Positions 17,824-27,721 are shown, counted from the first letter of the stretch. The stretch: DNA of 64,000 nt from Gemmatimonadota bacterium (GCA_035711625.1 DASTCA010000037.1:3070-67069), one strand, 5' to 3'. The notes: generated from the letters alone by a model not told the origin. Numbers and translations are program-made.

Positions 17824-19760
17824 ACGGCCGGGGAGTCCTCGCGCTTCCCGAACAAGTACAGGACGCCCAGCAGGATCGCCGAGCCCAGGAGGATCGAGAT
17901 CCAGGGCGACATGCCGTAGGCGGTGGGGATGTCGCCGACCGCCATCCCCACGATCCCGACCAGGAGCGCGTACGGCATCTGCGTGCGCACGTGATCGATG
18001 TGGTCGCAGCTCGAGGCCATGCTCGAGAGAATCGTGGTATCCGAGATCGGCGAGCAGTGGTCCCCCCATACGGATCCCGCGAGCACCGACGAGACGGCCC
18101 CCAGGAGGATCGTATAGGTATCCGACTCGCCGTAGCCGGCCTCACCGGAAAGGGCGACGGCCAGCGGGACGACGACCGGCATCATGATCGCCATCGTGCC
18201 CCACGAGGTTCCGGTCGCGAACGAGATCAGCGCGCACAGGATGAAGACGAGGACGGGCAGGAGGCGCGGGTCGAGGTTCCCGGTCAGCAGGTGGATCAGG
18301 TAGGAGGCCGTGTGGACGTCGATCGTGATCTGCCCCAGGGCCCAGGCGAGCACCAGGATAACGAAGGCGAACAGCATCGCCTTGAGCCCCGCGATCCACG
18401 CTTCCATCGTCTCCTGGAGCGTGAGGAGCCGCTGCGCCAGGGTCATGATGATGGCCACCGCGCAGGCCAAGAAGGAGCCCCAGATCAGCGACAGGTAGGA
18501 GTCGCCGTTGCCGAAGATGTTCGAGAGGCCGAGATCCGTGTCGCCAGATGAGAGGACGGCGTCCCGGCCGGTGGTGTACATACCGGCGACGGTCACGATC
18601 GTCATGAACGCGATCGGCACGATCGCGTTGTACCAGCGGCGCGGCTTCCCCTCGACGGGAGTCAGGATCTCGGCGTCGAAGTCCGAAGCCGGCCGGGCAC
18701 CGTCCCGGATCACCTTGCCCTCGCGCCTGGCGCGCAGCTCGGCCTTCAACATGGGGCCGAAGTCCCGGTCGGTGAGGATCACCATCAGGACGAAGATCAA
18801 CGCGAGCACGGGATAGAACCGATACGGGATGCTCTGGACGAAGACCACGTACGGCTCGTACGGCATATTCATCGACTGGAGCGCGTCGTCGATGAGGCCA
18901 ACCTCCATGCCGATCCATCCCGAGATCAGCGCGATCGAGGCGACCGGGGCCGCGGTCGAATCGACGATGTAGGCCAGCTTCTCCCGGCTGATCCGGAGCC
19001 GGTCGGTCAGTGGTCGCATCGTCGGACCTACGATCAGCGTGTTCGAATAGTCGTCGAAGAAGATCACGAGTCCCATGACATACGCCGCGAGCTGCCCGCG
19101 GATGGGCCCTACCGCGTGCTTGGTGATCTTGTCGACAACCCCATACGTTCCGCCGTTCCGGCTGATGATCCCTACCATGCCGCCTAGCAGGAAGCTGAAC
19201 ACGAGAATCATTGCGTGGCCGGGATCGACGATCGCGCCCACGATGTACGTGTCGAGCGTCCGCCAGAGCGCAGTCAGCGGGTTCCAGTCGTAGAGAAACA
19301 GGGCCCCGATCCATACGCCAGCCAGGAGCGAGATCACGACCTCGCGGAAGACGAGCGCGAGCAGGATCGCGACGAGAGGTGGCAGGAGCGCGAGCCAGCC
19401 CGGCAGGACGCGTGTGGAGCCCTCGGCGGAGCCGATCGACGTCGTGGCGGAGATCGCCATCGAGCCGCCGCCTTCGATTCGGAGATCCTGGAGCAGCACG
19501 GAGTCGCCGCTCGCGATCCGGCCGCTCATCTCGGTGCCGGCGGCCGCGGCCGGTCGACCGGGGAGAGCGATCCGGTAGTCGATCGAATCGCCAGCGGGCA
19601 CGCCGACCGGCACCAGCCACGCGTCGAAGGCCACCCCGTCGAGGACGACCTTCGGCATACGGATCTCGACCGTCACGCTGTCCGGCGGGGTATCCGTCTG
19701 ACCGGCGGCCGTGGCCGGGAGCGAGAGCGAGAAGAGCGTCAGCCAGATCGTGGGGCGCAA
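17820..19760 (-). CDS. Na+/H+ antiporter NhaC family with N-terminal secreted extension
   Basis: TTG start with a signal peptide. The NhaC-type core is polytopic (~11 TM, DDYSNTLIVGPTMRP...). An extra ~120-aa N-terminal domain is present. It overlaps the upstream gene end convergently by 4 bp. Confidence 0.8.
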   Translation of the reverse strand: MRPTIWLTLFSLSLPATAAGQTDTPPDSVTVEIRMPKVVLDGVAFDAWLVPVGVPAGDSIDYRIALPGRPAAAAGTEMSGRIASGDSVLLQDLRIEGGGSMAISATTSIGSAEGSTRVLPGWLALLPPLVAILLALVFREVVISLLAGVWIGALFLYDWNPLTALWRTLDTYIVGAIVDPGHAMILVFSFLLGGMVGIISRNGGTYGVVDKITKHAVGPIRGQLAAYVMGLVIFFDDYSNTLIVGPTMRPLTDRLRISREKLAYIVDSTAAPVASIALISGWIGMEVGLIDDALQSMNMPYEPYVVFVQSIPYRFYPVLALIFVLMVILTDRDFGPMLKAELRARREGKVIRDGARPASDFDAEILTPVEGKPRRWYNAIVPIAFMTIVTVAGMYTTGRDAVLSSGDTDLGLSNIFGNGDSYLSLIWGSFLACAVAIIMTLAQRLLTLQETMEAWIAGLKAMLFAFVILVLAWALGQITIDVHTASYLIHLLTGNLDPRLLPVLVFILCALISFATGTSWGTMAIMMPVVVPLAVALSGEAGYGESDTYTILLGAVSSVLAGSVWGDHCSPISDTTILSSMASSCDHIDHVRTQMPYALLVGIVGMAVGDIPTAYGMSPWISILLGSAILLGVLYLFGKREDSPAV

Positions 19761-19879
19761 ACGGTCCTCGCCGGCGGGTTGGCTCGGGTTACTCAGCGGG
19801 TCGGCCTAAACTAATCCCCGCGCGACGGAGCGAAAGCCCCGCGACCCGGCGTGTCGTGGGGGTCCGACAAGTGTCGATT

Positions 19880-20007
19880 TCTTGACACGTCGAGAGGCCC
19901 CGGACTAGGTTCGATCGACCCGACCCCGCCGGCCCCGCGAGGCAAGAGGTGAAACCGTCGTCCTGATTCGATCGTCCTTCCGGCCCGGGCCGGCGGGGCT
20001 TTTTTTT
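19880..20007 (+). promoter_or_regulatory. PyrR-type transcription attenuator leader
   Basis: TTGACA lies at 19882-19887. GUCGAGAGGCC at 19889-19899 resembles the PyrR-binding loop consensus, and a second GAGG-containing segment follows. CCCCGCCGGCCCC at 19924-19936 can pair with GGGCCGGCGGGG in the terminator as an antiterminator. The terminator hairpin plus T8 follows. Confidence 0.5.
19978..20007 (+). terminator. Intrinsic terminator (GC hairpin + T8) 20 nt upstream of the pyrR RBS
   Basis: CCGGCCCGGGCCGGCGGGGC followed by TTTTTTTT at 20000-20007. Confidence 0.6.
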
Positions 20008-20028
20008 GTCGTGTCGAAGGAGGAGCGC

Positions 20029-20574
20029 GTGGGAACGATCACGATGGACGCACGGGCGATCGAGCGGGCGCTGACACGCATCGCCCACGAGATCGTGGAG
20101 GTCAACCACGGCGTCGAGAACCTGGCCATCCTCGGAATTCAGCGGCGCGGCGTGCAACTTGCCGAGCGCATCGTGGACGAGATCGAGCGCAGCGAGGGGT
20201 TCCGACCCGACATCGGAGTGATCGACATCACGCTGTATCGCGACGACCTGGAGTCCATCTCGGACCAGGCCGTGGTGCAGGAGACCGACATCCCCTTCGA
20301 CGTCGAGGGCAAGGTGATCGTGCTGGTCGACGACGTGCTGTACACGGGTCGCACCGTCCGTGCTGCGCTCAACGAGATCATGGATTTCGGCCGTCCGAAA
20401 CGCATCCAGCTGGCGGTCCTGGTGGATCGCGGACATCGGGAGATCCCAATTCGCGCGGACTTCGTCGGAAAGAACGTGCCCACGTCGCAGAGCGAGCAGA
20501 TCAAGGTCAAGGTGGAGGACCTGGATGGAACCTGGGAGGTGGAGCTGATCGACAGAGGCGCGGCGAAGGAATGA
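20029..20574 (+). CDS. pyrR: Pyrimidine operon regulator / uracil phosphoribosyltransferase PyrR
   Basis: ILDEQAIERALTRIAHEI-type N-terminus and the PRPP-binding VLVDDVLYTGRT motif. GTG at 20029 sits 4-5 nt after the GAAGGAGGA RBS. Confidence 0.85.
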   Translation: MGTITMDARAIERALTRIAHEIVEVNHGVENLAILGIQRRGVQLAERIVDEIERSEGFRPDIGVIDITLYRDDLESISDQAVVQETDIPFDVEGKVIVLVDDVLYTGRTVRAALNEIMDFGRPKRIQLAVLVDRGHREIPIRADFVGKNVPTSQSEQIKVKVEDLDGTWEVELIDRGAAKE

Positions 20575-21557
20575 GCTTCCGCAGGCCCCATCTGCTGGGC
20601 CTGGCGGGGCTCGAGGCGGAAGAGATCGGCGATCTGCTGGATCGGGCGGACTCCTTCTGGGAGGCGGCCGGTACGCCGGGCTGGCGCGCGACGAAGTCGC
20701 CCGCGACCGCCCGGTTGAGCGCGGTCAACCTGATCCTCGAGCCCTCGACCCGCACTCGCTGCTCGTTCGAGATCGCGGAGCAGCGGCTCGGCATCGAACA
20801 CCTCTCGGTGGGTGACGAGCGGCTCAGCCTTATCAAGGGCGAGACGCTCGTCGACACCGGACGCACTCTGCGGGCGATGGGGGTCAACGTCTTCATCGTA
20901 CGTCATCCCGAGGTCGGCGCCCCGGCGCGTCTCTCCGAGGAACTCCCCGGAGCCCACATCGTGAACGCGGGCGACGGCACGGGCGAGCATCCCACGCAAG
21001 GTCTCCTCGACCTGCTCGTCCTGCGCCGGCGCTGGGGATCGCTCGGCGGCCGCAGGATCGTGATCGTGGGCGACGTCCTGCACAGCCGGGTCGCGCGATC
21101 GTGCGTCCACGGGCTCGCGGCGTTGGGCGCTACGACTGTGCTTTGCGGTCCCCGGCATCTCCAGCCGGAGGCGGGCGGGTGGCCGGGGTCATCGGTCGCG
21201 GAGGATCTCGACGATGCGCTCGCGGGTGCGGACGCCGTGATGGCGCTCCGCATCCAGCGCGAGCGCTTCACGGCCGGAGAGGCGCTGCCCGAGCGGGCCG
21301 CCTATCGCGAGCGGTTCGGCCTCACGATGGAGCGCGCTCGGCGTCTCCCGAGCGAGACTCTGATTCTGCATCCCGGTCCCTTCAACCGCGACGTGGAGAT
21401 CGATGGGGAGGTGATCGACGGCGGCCGGACGGAGGTCTGGACTCAGGTTCGGGCGGGTGTCGCGGTCCGGATGGCAACGCTGACGGCGCTGGGCGAAGCG
21501 CTGGAAGCGTCGAGCGTCGAAACCGGTGCACCGGCCGGAGCCTGGGCGCGCGCGTGA
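20571..21557 (+). CDS. pyrB: Aspartate carbamoyltransferase catalytic subunit
   Basis: STRTR carbamoyl-phosphate motif, HPTQ, and HPGP in the C-terminal half. ATGA overlap with pyrR. Confidence 0.9.
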   Translation: MSFRRPHLLGLAGLEAEEIGDLLDRADSFWEAAGTPGWRATKSPATARLSAVNLILEPSTRTRCSFEIAEQRLGIEHLSVGDERLSLIKGETLVDTGRTLRAMGVNVFIVRHPEVGAPARLSEELPGAHIVNAGDGTGEHPTQGLLDLLVLRRRWGSLGGRRIVIVGDVLHSRVARSCVHGLAALGATTVLCGPRHLQPEAGGWPGSSVAEDLDDALAGADAVMALRIQRERFTAGEALPERAAYRERFGLTMERARRLPSETLILHPGPFNRDVEIDGEVIDGGRTEVWTQVRAGVAVRMATLTALGEALEASSVETGAPAGAWARA

Positions 21558-22855
21558 GCCCGCCCGCGCTGCTCCTCCGCGGCGCGCGGTTACTGGATCC
21601 GACCCTCTCGCATGACGGCCGCGCCGATGTACTGGTCCGGGACGGCCGGATCGATCGTGTGGAGGGGTCGATCGAGCCCCGAGCGGGGGTCCATGTCATC
21701 GACCTCTCCGGATTCCTCCTCACGCCGGGGCTGATCGACATCCACGTCCATCTGCGGGAGCCCGGCCAGGAAGCGAAGGAGACGATCGCGACCGGTACCC
21801 GGGCCGCCGCCGCGGGAGGGTTCGTCGCTGTCTGCGCCATGCCGAACACCGATCCGGTGATCGACACCCCCGAGATGGTCCGTCTCGTGATCGAGCGCGC
21901 CGCGGCCGCCGGACCGGTGCGCGTGCATCCTATCGCGGCGGCCACCGTGGGCTCGCGCGGCGAGCGTCCCACGCACGTCGATGCGTTGGCGGGCGCGGGG
22001 GCGGTGGCGGTCTCGGACGACGGTCGCCCGATCTCCGACGAGGCCCTCGGCCCGGTGCTCGAGCGCGCGCGGGCGGCGGGAATACCGGTGGCCAATCACT
22101 GCGAGGCCCTCGACCTGTCCGCGGGAGGGGCGATCCTATCGGGCGGTTTGGCGAAGCGGCTGGGGGTGTCGGGCATTCCCCGCGAGGCGGAGAGCGACGC
22201 GGTTGCGCGTGACCTGGCGATCCTCGCCCGGACCGGCGGTCGGCTCCACGTGTGCCACGTCTCGACCGCGCGCTCGGTCGAACTGATCCGCGAGGGGAAG
22301 GCGGCCGGGCTCGCGGTCACGGCCGAGGTGGCCCCGCACCATCTCGCGCTGACGGTCGATGAGGTCGAACGAAGCGGAGCCCTGGCGAAGATGAACCCGC
22401 CGCTCGCAGGCTCGGAAGACAGGGAAGCGCTGCGCGCGGCGCTGGCGGATGGGACGCTCGACTGCGTAGCCACCGACCATGCGCCCCATACCGAGGCCGA
22501 AAAGGCGCGTGGTCTCGGGCAGGCGCCGTTCGGCGTGGTGGGGCTCGAGACCGCGTTCGCGGTCCTCTACAGCACACTGGTCGAGCGCGGCGTACTGCCG
22601 CTGACGACCCTCGTGCGGCGGCTCGGTGCCGACGCGGCCCGCGCGCTGGGGCTGGAGGCTCCGGTCGTCCGCGTGGGGGCGCGCGCAGACCTGGCTGCCT
22701 TCGACCTGGAGACGGAGTGGACGGTCGATCCAGCTCGCTTCCGCTCGCTCGGGCGGAACACGCCGTTCGCGGGATGGCGGCTCCGGGGGCGGCCGGTGAT
22801 GACGGTAGCGGGCGGGACGGTTGCCTACGACGGCCGCGCCCCCGAGGAGCGATGA
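21554..22855 (+). CDS. pyrC: Dihydroorotase (amidohydrolase superfamily)
   Basis: DIHVHLREPG metal-binding start, the DHAPH motif and ~433 aa. The GTG start overlaps the pyrB stop (GTGA). Confidence 0.8.
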   Translation: MSPPALLLRGARLLDPTLSHDGRADVLVRDGRIDRVEGSIEPRAGVHVIDLSGFLLTPGLIDIHVHLREPGQEAKETIATGTRAAAAGGFVAVCAMPNTDPVIDTPEMVRLVIERAAAAGPVRVHPIAAATVGSRGERPTHVDALAGAGAVAVSDDGRPISDEALGPVLERARAAGIPVANHCEALDLSAGGAILSGGLAKRLGVSGIPREAESDAVARDLAILARTGGRLHVCHVSTARSVELIREGKAAGLAVTAEVAPHHLALTVDEVERSGALAKMNPPLAGSEDREALRAALADGTLDCVATDHAPHTEAEKARGLGQAPFGVVGLETAFAVLYSTLVERGVLPLTTLVRRLGADAARALGLEAPVVRVGARADLAAFDLETEWTVDPARFRSLGRNTPFAGWRLRGRPVMTVAGGTVAYDGRAPEER

Positions 22856-23886
22856 GCCCCGAGATATATCGCAAGCGGGTCTTCTGCGCCGATCTCTCGG
22901 TCGGCGACGAGGTCGAGGAGGTGTTCCGCGTCGAGCGCGTGGAGCGGCGGTCCGGGAAGAAGGGCGCCTACCTGCGCGTATCGCTCGTCGACCGTTCGGG
23001 GACCGTGACGGCGATGATTTGGGAGGAAGTCGAGCGCATGGTCGAGGCCCTGGTCGAGGGCGCCTACGCCCGCGTGCGGGGGGCCGTGGAGGAGTGGAAC
23101 GGGATGCTCCAGCTTCGGATTACCGCGGCCGAGCCGTGGAGCGAGGCTCTCGACCTGGCCGACTTCCTCCCCCGGGGCCCGATCCCAGGCGAGGAGTCGA
23201 TGGCGGGGATCCGCGAGCTTGTCGCCACGATCCGGGATCCCTGGATCTCGCGCCTCGTCCGATCGCTCCTCGACGACGGCCAGCTGGCGGCAGCCTTCGC
23301 CGCTGCGCCGGCGGCCAAGCTCAACCACCATGCCTATGTCGGCGGGCTCGCCGAGCACACGCTCTCGGTCATGCGGCTCTGTGCCGCGGCCGCCGAGCAT
23401 TATGGCGATCTCGATCGGGATCTCCTGCTCGCGGGAGCGTTCCTCCACGATGTCGGCAAGACGGCCGAGATCGCGGTCGAGCCCGGATTCCCGTACACCG
23501 AGGAGGGCACTCTCCTCGGACACATCCCGATCGGTTTCGCTATGGTCCGGGAGCGGATCGCGCGGATCCCCGGCTTCCCGCGCGAGATCGCGATGGATCT
23601 CGGGCATCTCATTCTGAGCCACCAGGGCGAGCTCGAGTGGGGGAGCCCCGTCCAGCCGCGGACGGCGGAGGCGCTCGTGCTCCACTTCGTCGACAACCTG
23701 GACTCGAAGGTCGCCACCGCGCGCACCCACCTGGCGGGGATCGAAGCGGGCCACGGACCCTACGTGCGCTCCCTCAGGCGCTCGCTCTTCCGCCGCGCCC
23801 TGCGCGAAGCCTCGACGGAGCCGCCCGCACAAGTCGGCGGCGGACCCGACAGGGGCGAACCGTCACTGTTCGATCGCGTGGACTGA
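22852..23886 (+). CDS. YhaM-like 3'-5' exoribonuclease (OB-fold + HD domain)
   Basis: N-terminal OB-fold region followed by the HD motif LHDVGK...H. ATGA overlap with pyrC. Confidence 0.65.
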   Translation: MSPEIYRKRVFCADLSVGDEVEEVFRVERVERRSGKKGAYLRVSLVDRSGTVTAMIWEEVERMVEALVEGAYARVRGAVEEWNGMLQLRITAAEPWSEALDLADFLPRGPIPGEESMAGIRELVATIRDPWISRLVRSLLDDGQLAAAFAAAPAAKLNHHAYVGGLAEHTLSVMRLCAAAAEHYGDLDRDLLLAGAFLHDVGKTAEIAVEPGFPYTEEGTLLGHIPIGFAMVRERIARIPGFPREIAMDLGHLILSHQGELEWGSPVQPRTAEALVLHFVDNLDSKVATARTHLAGIEAGHGPYVRSLRRSLFRRALREASTEPPAQVGGGPDRGEPSLFDRVD

Positions 23887-24013
23887 GAGGGGGTGTGCAC
23901 ATCCTCCGCATTCTCTTCACCCGGTGTTACGGCCAGACACTCAGGTACTGGCGCGCGTCGCGGCGCGCGAGCGCGATTGGCGACCACGTGCGGATCCTCG
24001 CGCGGCTCGCGGC

Positions 24014-24391
24014 ATGAGCCGCTTCGAAGATCTCGTCGATGACGCGCGCTCACGGATTCGGGAGACTTCGGTAGAGGAGCTCCAGCGCCGGATCGAAGGG
24101 GGCGAGCGGTTCTACCTGGTGGACGTGCGCGAGGCCGGCGAATGGGCCCGCGCCAGGATCCCGGGCGCCGGTTGGCTCGGCAAGGGGGTGATCGAGCGGG
24201 ACATCGAACGGACCATCCCCGAACCGGACGCCGAGATCGTCCTCTACTGCGGGGGAGGGTATCGCTCCGCGCTCGCCGCCGATTCCATCCAGAAGATGGG
24301 TTACACGAACGTCCGCTCGCTGGCGGGCGGGATCGGCGCCTGGTTCCGGGCCGGGCTCCCGCTGGACCAGGAGCCCCGGGAGCGAGCGTGA
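24014..24391 (+). CDS. Rhodanese-domain sulfurtransferase
   Basis: Single rhodanese domain with the active-site loop CGGGYRS. ~125 aa. Confidence 0.7.
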   Translation: MSRFEDLVDDARSRIRETSVEELQRRIEGGERFYLVDVREAGEWARARIPGAGWLGKGVIERDIERTIPEPDAEIVLYCGGGYRSALAADSIQKMGYTNVRSLAGGIGAWFRAGLPLDQEPRERA

Positions 24392-24426
24392 CAACCGGGG
24401 GTCGCCGGGCGCAGTTTCCCTTTGGG

Positions 24427-25311
24427 ATGACCGCACGCCCTTCCTTCACTCCGCTCGCGGTCCTGCTCTTGGCGGTCGCATGCTCGCTATCCGGCCCCGG
24501 GGACGAGGGCGACCCTCTCGCCAGACTCGAGGCGAGCCGAGCGAAGTGGGTGGCGAACGGCCCCAGCGAGTACGAGCTCGCGATGCGCCGGTCCTGCGGT
24601 GAGTGCCTGCCGGAGGGCGCCCTGGCCGTGGTCGTGAGCGTCTCATCCGGTGGAACGACGGTGAGCCTCGCGCAGAACGGTGAGCGGATCGAGAACCAAT
24701 CCGGGCTCTACCCGGACGTCGACGGTCTTTTCGAATTGATCGAGATACACATTCTGGCCGGTGCGGACGTCGAAGCGGAATACGACGGCGATCTCGGTTT
24801 TCCGCGCTCGGTTTCGATCGATCCCGTGCCCGACGCCGTCGACGACGAGTTCGGGTACGTGGTCGACGATCTCGCCGCAGGGCGCCTGGTCGCTCTCCGC
24901 GCCGAGCTCCGGGTCCGACGCGAGCGCTGGGCGGGGCAGCGGATCCTCGACTATCAGCTGACCCTGAGCCGGTCGTGCTTCTGCTCTCCCGAGGGCGCGG
25001 GCCTGGTGGTCCTCACCGTGCTCGAAGGGGAGCCCGCGGAGTGGCAGTACTTCCTGTCGGGCGATCCGATCGCGCCGGAGTGGCGCGCCTTCTTCCCGAC
25101 CGTCGAAGGGCTGTTCGATTTCGTGGAAGACGCGATCGACCGCGGTGCCGAATCGATCGAGGTCCGCTACGACGAGGATCTGGGCCTGCCCACGACGATC
25201 CGGGTCGACTATCGGCTGGCCGCGGTCGACGAGGAGATCGCCTACGAGGTCGAGAAGCTCCTCGACCTGGGCCGAGGCGCGGAGCCCACGCCGGCGCGGA
25301 AAGGGGAATGA
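24427..25311 (+). CDS. Lipoprotein with two tandem homologous Cys-motif domains
   Basis: Signal peptide plus lipobox LAVACS. The internal repeat reads NGPSEYELAMRRSCGEC...LFELIE...DGDLGFPRSVSIDPV // ILDYQLTLSRSCFCS...LFDFVE...DEDLGLPTTIRVD. Confidence 0.5.
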   Translation: MTARPSFTPLAVLLLAVACSLSGPGDEGDPLARLEASRAKWVANGPSEYELAMRRSCGECLPEGALAVVVSVSSGGTTVSLAQNGERIENQSGLYPDVDGLFELIEIHILAGADVEAEYDGDLGFPRSVSIDPVPDAVDDEFGYVVDDLAAGRLVALRAELRVRRERWAGQRILDYQLTLSRSCFCSPEGAGLVVLTVLEGEPAEWQYFLSGDPIAPEWRAFFPTVEGLFDFVEDAIDRGAESIEVRYDEDLGLPTTIRVDYRLAAVDEEIAYEVEKLLDLGRGAEPTPARKGE

Positions 25312-25389
25312 GCGCCGGTCCTCTCGCCGGAGTCCTGATCCGCGGGACATATTGAGCCTCCGAACCCGCCCTTGATCACGGAGGCATCT

Positions 25390-25797
25390 ATGAACGAGAA
25401 GATCGAGAAGTCCGACCGCGAGTGGCGCGATACGCTCACTCCCGAGCAGTATCGGATCACGCGCCAGAAGGGCACCGAGCCCGCTTTCACCGGCAAGTAC
25501 GCGGATCATCACGCGGACGGCGTTTACAACTGCGTTTGTTGCGGCGCTCCGCTGTTCGATTCTAAGGACAAGTACGACTCCGGATCGGGCTGGCCCAGCT
25601 TCACCCGGCCGATCGACGGCGGCCGGGTCGACAGCGGGGCGGATCTCTCTCACGGGATGCGCAGGACCGAGGTTACCTGCGCGGCGTGCGACGCCCACCT
25701 CGGACATGTCTTCGACGACGGTCCCGGGCCGGAGGGCGCCCGCTTCTGCATCAACTCCGCGGCGCTCGAGTTCGACACCCGGGAGAATGGGGAGTGA
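25390..25797 (+). CDS. msrB: Peptide methionine-(R)-S-oxide reductase MsrB
   Basis: Two CxxC zinc motifs (CVCCGAPLF, CAACDAHLG) and the catalytic RxExxC region. RBS GGAGG lies 6 nt upstream of ATG 25390. Confidence 0.85.
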   Translation: MNEKIEKSDREWRDTLTPEQYRITRQKGTEPAFTGKYADHHADGVYNCVCCGAPLFDSKDKYDSGSGWPSFTRPIDGGRVDSGADLSHGMRRTEVTCAACDAHLGHVFDDGPGPEGARFCINSAALEFDTRENGE

Positions 25798-27203
25798 CCG
25801 CCGCGACCTTCGACGTGGTCGTGATCGGGAGCGGTCCCGGTGGCTACGTGGCCGCCATCCGGGCCGGCCAGTTGGGTCTCAAGACCGCGCTCGTGGAGCG
25901 CGATCCTTTCCTCGGCGGGACTTGCCTACACCGCGGCTGCATCCCGACCAAGGCCCTGCTCGAGAACGCCGCTCGTTACCAGGATCTGCTCCACGCCGGG
26001 GACTTCGGTCTGCGCGTTGGAGGCGAGATCGCGGTCGACTGGGATCGCGTGCAGGAGCGAAAGCGTGGCATCGTTCAGCAGCTCGCCGGGGGCGTTAAGG
26101 GGCTCCTGAGGAAGCAGCGGGTCGAGGTCGTGACCGGCTGGGGGCGGATCGATGGCCCGCGGAAGGTCGTGGTGGACGCAGAAGGCGCGTCGGGTCAAGT
26201 CCCGCGCACGCTCGACACACGTCATATCGTGATCGCGACCGGCTCGGTGCCGCGCGCAGTCGGAGCGGCGCCGTTTGACGGCGAGCGGATCCTGTCCTCT
26301 GATCACGTGCTCGAGCTCGGTTCCATCCCCGCGTCGATGGCGATCGTCGGCGCGGGCGCGGTTGGCGTCGAGTTCGCCTCGATCTACGACCACTTCGGAA
26401 CGACGGTAACGCTGGTCGAGGCGCTGCCGCGGCTCCTGCCGATCGAGGACGAGGAGGTCTCGGGAGAGCTCGGAAAGGCGTTCGCGAAGCGTGGCATCGA
26501 CGTCCGGACGGGGACGATGCTCGCCCGGGCGGAACGGTCTCCCGGCGGCGTGCGGGTCGCACTCGAGGGGGAGAAAGGGGGCGAGATCGAAGTCGAGAGG
26601 CTCCTGGTCGCGATCGGCCGCGCCCCGGTAAGCGACGGCATCGGCCTCGAGACCGTGAACGTACGGGTGGATCGCGGCTACGTGCAGGTGGACGAGTGGT
26701 GCGAAACGTCGGAGCGTGGGGTCTATGCGATCGGCGACGTGATCCCGACGCCGTGGCTAGCCCACGTGGCTTCGATGGAAGGCGTGATGGTGGTGGAGCG
26801 GATCGCGGGCCGCGACGTGCGTCCCGTGCCGTATGGCGAGACTCCCAACTGCACGTACTGCGATCCCGAAGTCGCTAGTGTAGGTCTGACGGAGGCGCGC
26901 GCCCGTGAGGCGGGTCACGACGTGCGGGTGGGGAAATTCCCGTTCGTGGCGAGCGGGCGTGCGAAGATCGCCGGCCACACGAGCGGTTTCGTGAAGATCG
27001 TCGCGGAGGGCGGATACGACGAGGTGCTGGGGGTCCACGTCGTGGGATACAAGGCGACCGAGCTGATCGCCGAGGCAGGCGCGGTCCTCCGGCTCGAGGG
27101 TACGGTCGAGGAGCTGATCCAGACGATCCATGCGCACCCCACGCTTGCGGAGGCCGTCCACGAAGCGGCCCACGCCGTCCACGGCCACGCGATCCACTTC
27201 TGA
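25794..27203 (+). CDS. lpdA: Dihydrolipoyl dehydrogenase (E3)
   Basis: FAD-binding GSGPGGY, the redox-active disulfide GTCLHRGCIPTK, the NAD-binding GAGAVGVE motif and the C-terminal HAHPTL interface motif. GTGA overlap with msrB. Confidence 0.9.
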   Translation: MTAATFDVVVIGSGPGGYVAAIRAGQLGLKTALVERDPFLGGTCLHRGCIPTKALLENAARYQDLLHAGDFGLRVGGEIAVDWDRVQERKRGIVQQLAGGVKGLLRKQRVEVVTGWGRIDGPRKVVVDAEGASGQVPRTLDTRHIVIATGSVPRAVGAAPFDGERILSSDHVLELGSIPASMAIVGAGAVGVEFASIYDHFGTTVTLVEALPRLLPIEDEEVSGELGKAFAKRGIDVRTGTMLARAERSPGGVRVALEGEKGGEIEVERLLVAIGRAPVSDGIGLETVNVRVDRGYVQVDEWCETSERGVYAIGDVIPTPWLAHVASMEGVMVVERIAGRDVRPVPYGETPNCTYCDPEVASVGLTEARAREAGHDVRVGKFPFVASGRAKIAGHTSGFVKIVAEGGYDEVLGVHVVGYKATELIAEAGAVLRLEGTVEELIQTIHAHPTLAEAVHEAAHAVHGHAIHF

Positions 27204-27274
27204 TGAGGTTCCCCTGGAAGGAACCTGCGCGTCCGATGGACCGTAAACGCCGGACGGGATAGAATCGGGGGAAG

Positions 27275-27688
27275 ATGCGTAGACCTGCTCTTGCCATCGT
27301 CGTAGCCGCTCTGGCGGCGTGTTCTTCGGGGCGCACCGGCCCCACCGGTCCGGGGAACCCCTCGCCCTCGGCTCAGACCGTTTCGCTCCCGGTGGGGGGA
27401 GAAGCCGTCGTCCCCGGCACCCGGGTCACGATCGAGTTCCGTGACGTGACGGAGGACTCCCGCTGTCCGTCGAACGTGGTGTGCGTCTGGGTCGGGAACG
27501 GCCAAGTCGCGCTGACGCTCTCGACGCCATCCGACGCGCGCGACGTTCTGTTGAACACGACCAGCGAGCCGCGGCGGATCAAGTTCGCGGGGATCCGGAT
27601 CTCGCTCGCCTCCCTGGCGCCGTATCCGTCCGGAGAGCCGATCGACCCCGGCGACTACGTGGCGACGTTCGAGGTCGAGCCCGACTGA
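27275..27688 (+). CDS. Small lipoprotein of the 'VTEDSRC' family (paralogue of 29341)
   Basis: Lipobox LAACSS. The shared motif EFRDVTEDSRCPSNVVC matches TFDRVTEDSRCASRAEC in the gene at 29341..29772. Confidence 0.5.
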   Translation: MRRPALAIVVAALAACSSGRTGPTGPGNPSPSAQTVSLPVGGEAVVPGTRVTIEFRDVTEDSRCPSNVVCVWVGNGQVALTLSTPSDARDVLLNTTSEPRRIKFAGIRISLASLAPYPSGEPIDPGDYVATFEVEPD

Positions 27689-27721
27689 CCCGCGGGGTCG
27701 CACCAGCCGGAGATCGATAGC

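Noticed and set aside
17184-19620. 455-aa '+' ORF and 492-aa '-' alternative-frame ORF over the NhaC gene
   Set aside because: Antisense or alternative frames of the NhaC antiporter, with RG-rich low-complexity translations.
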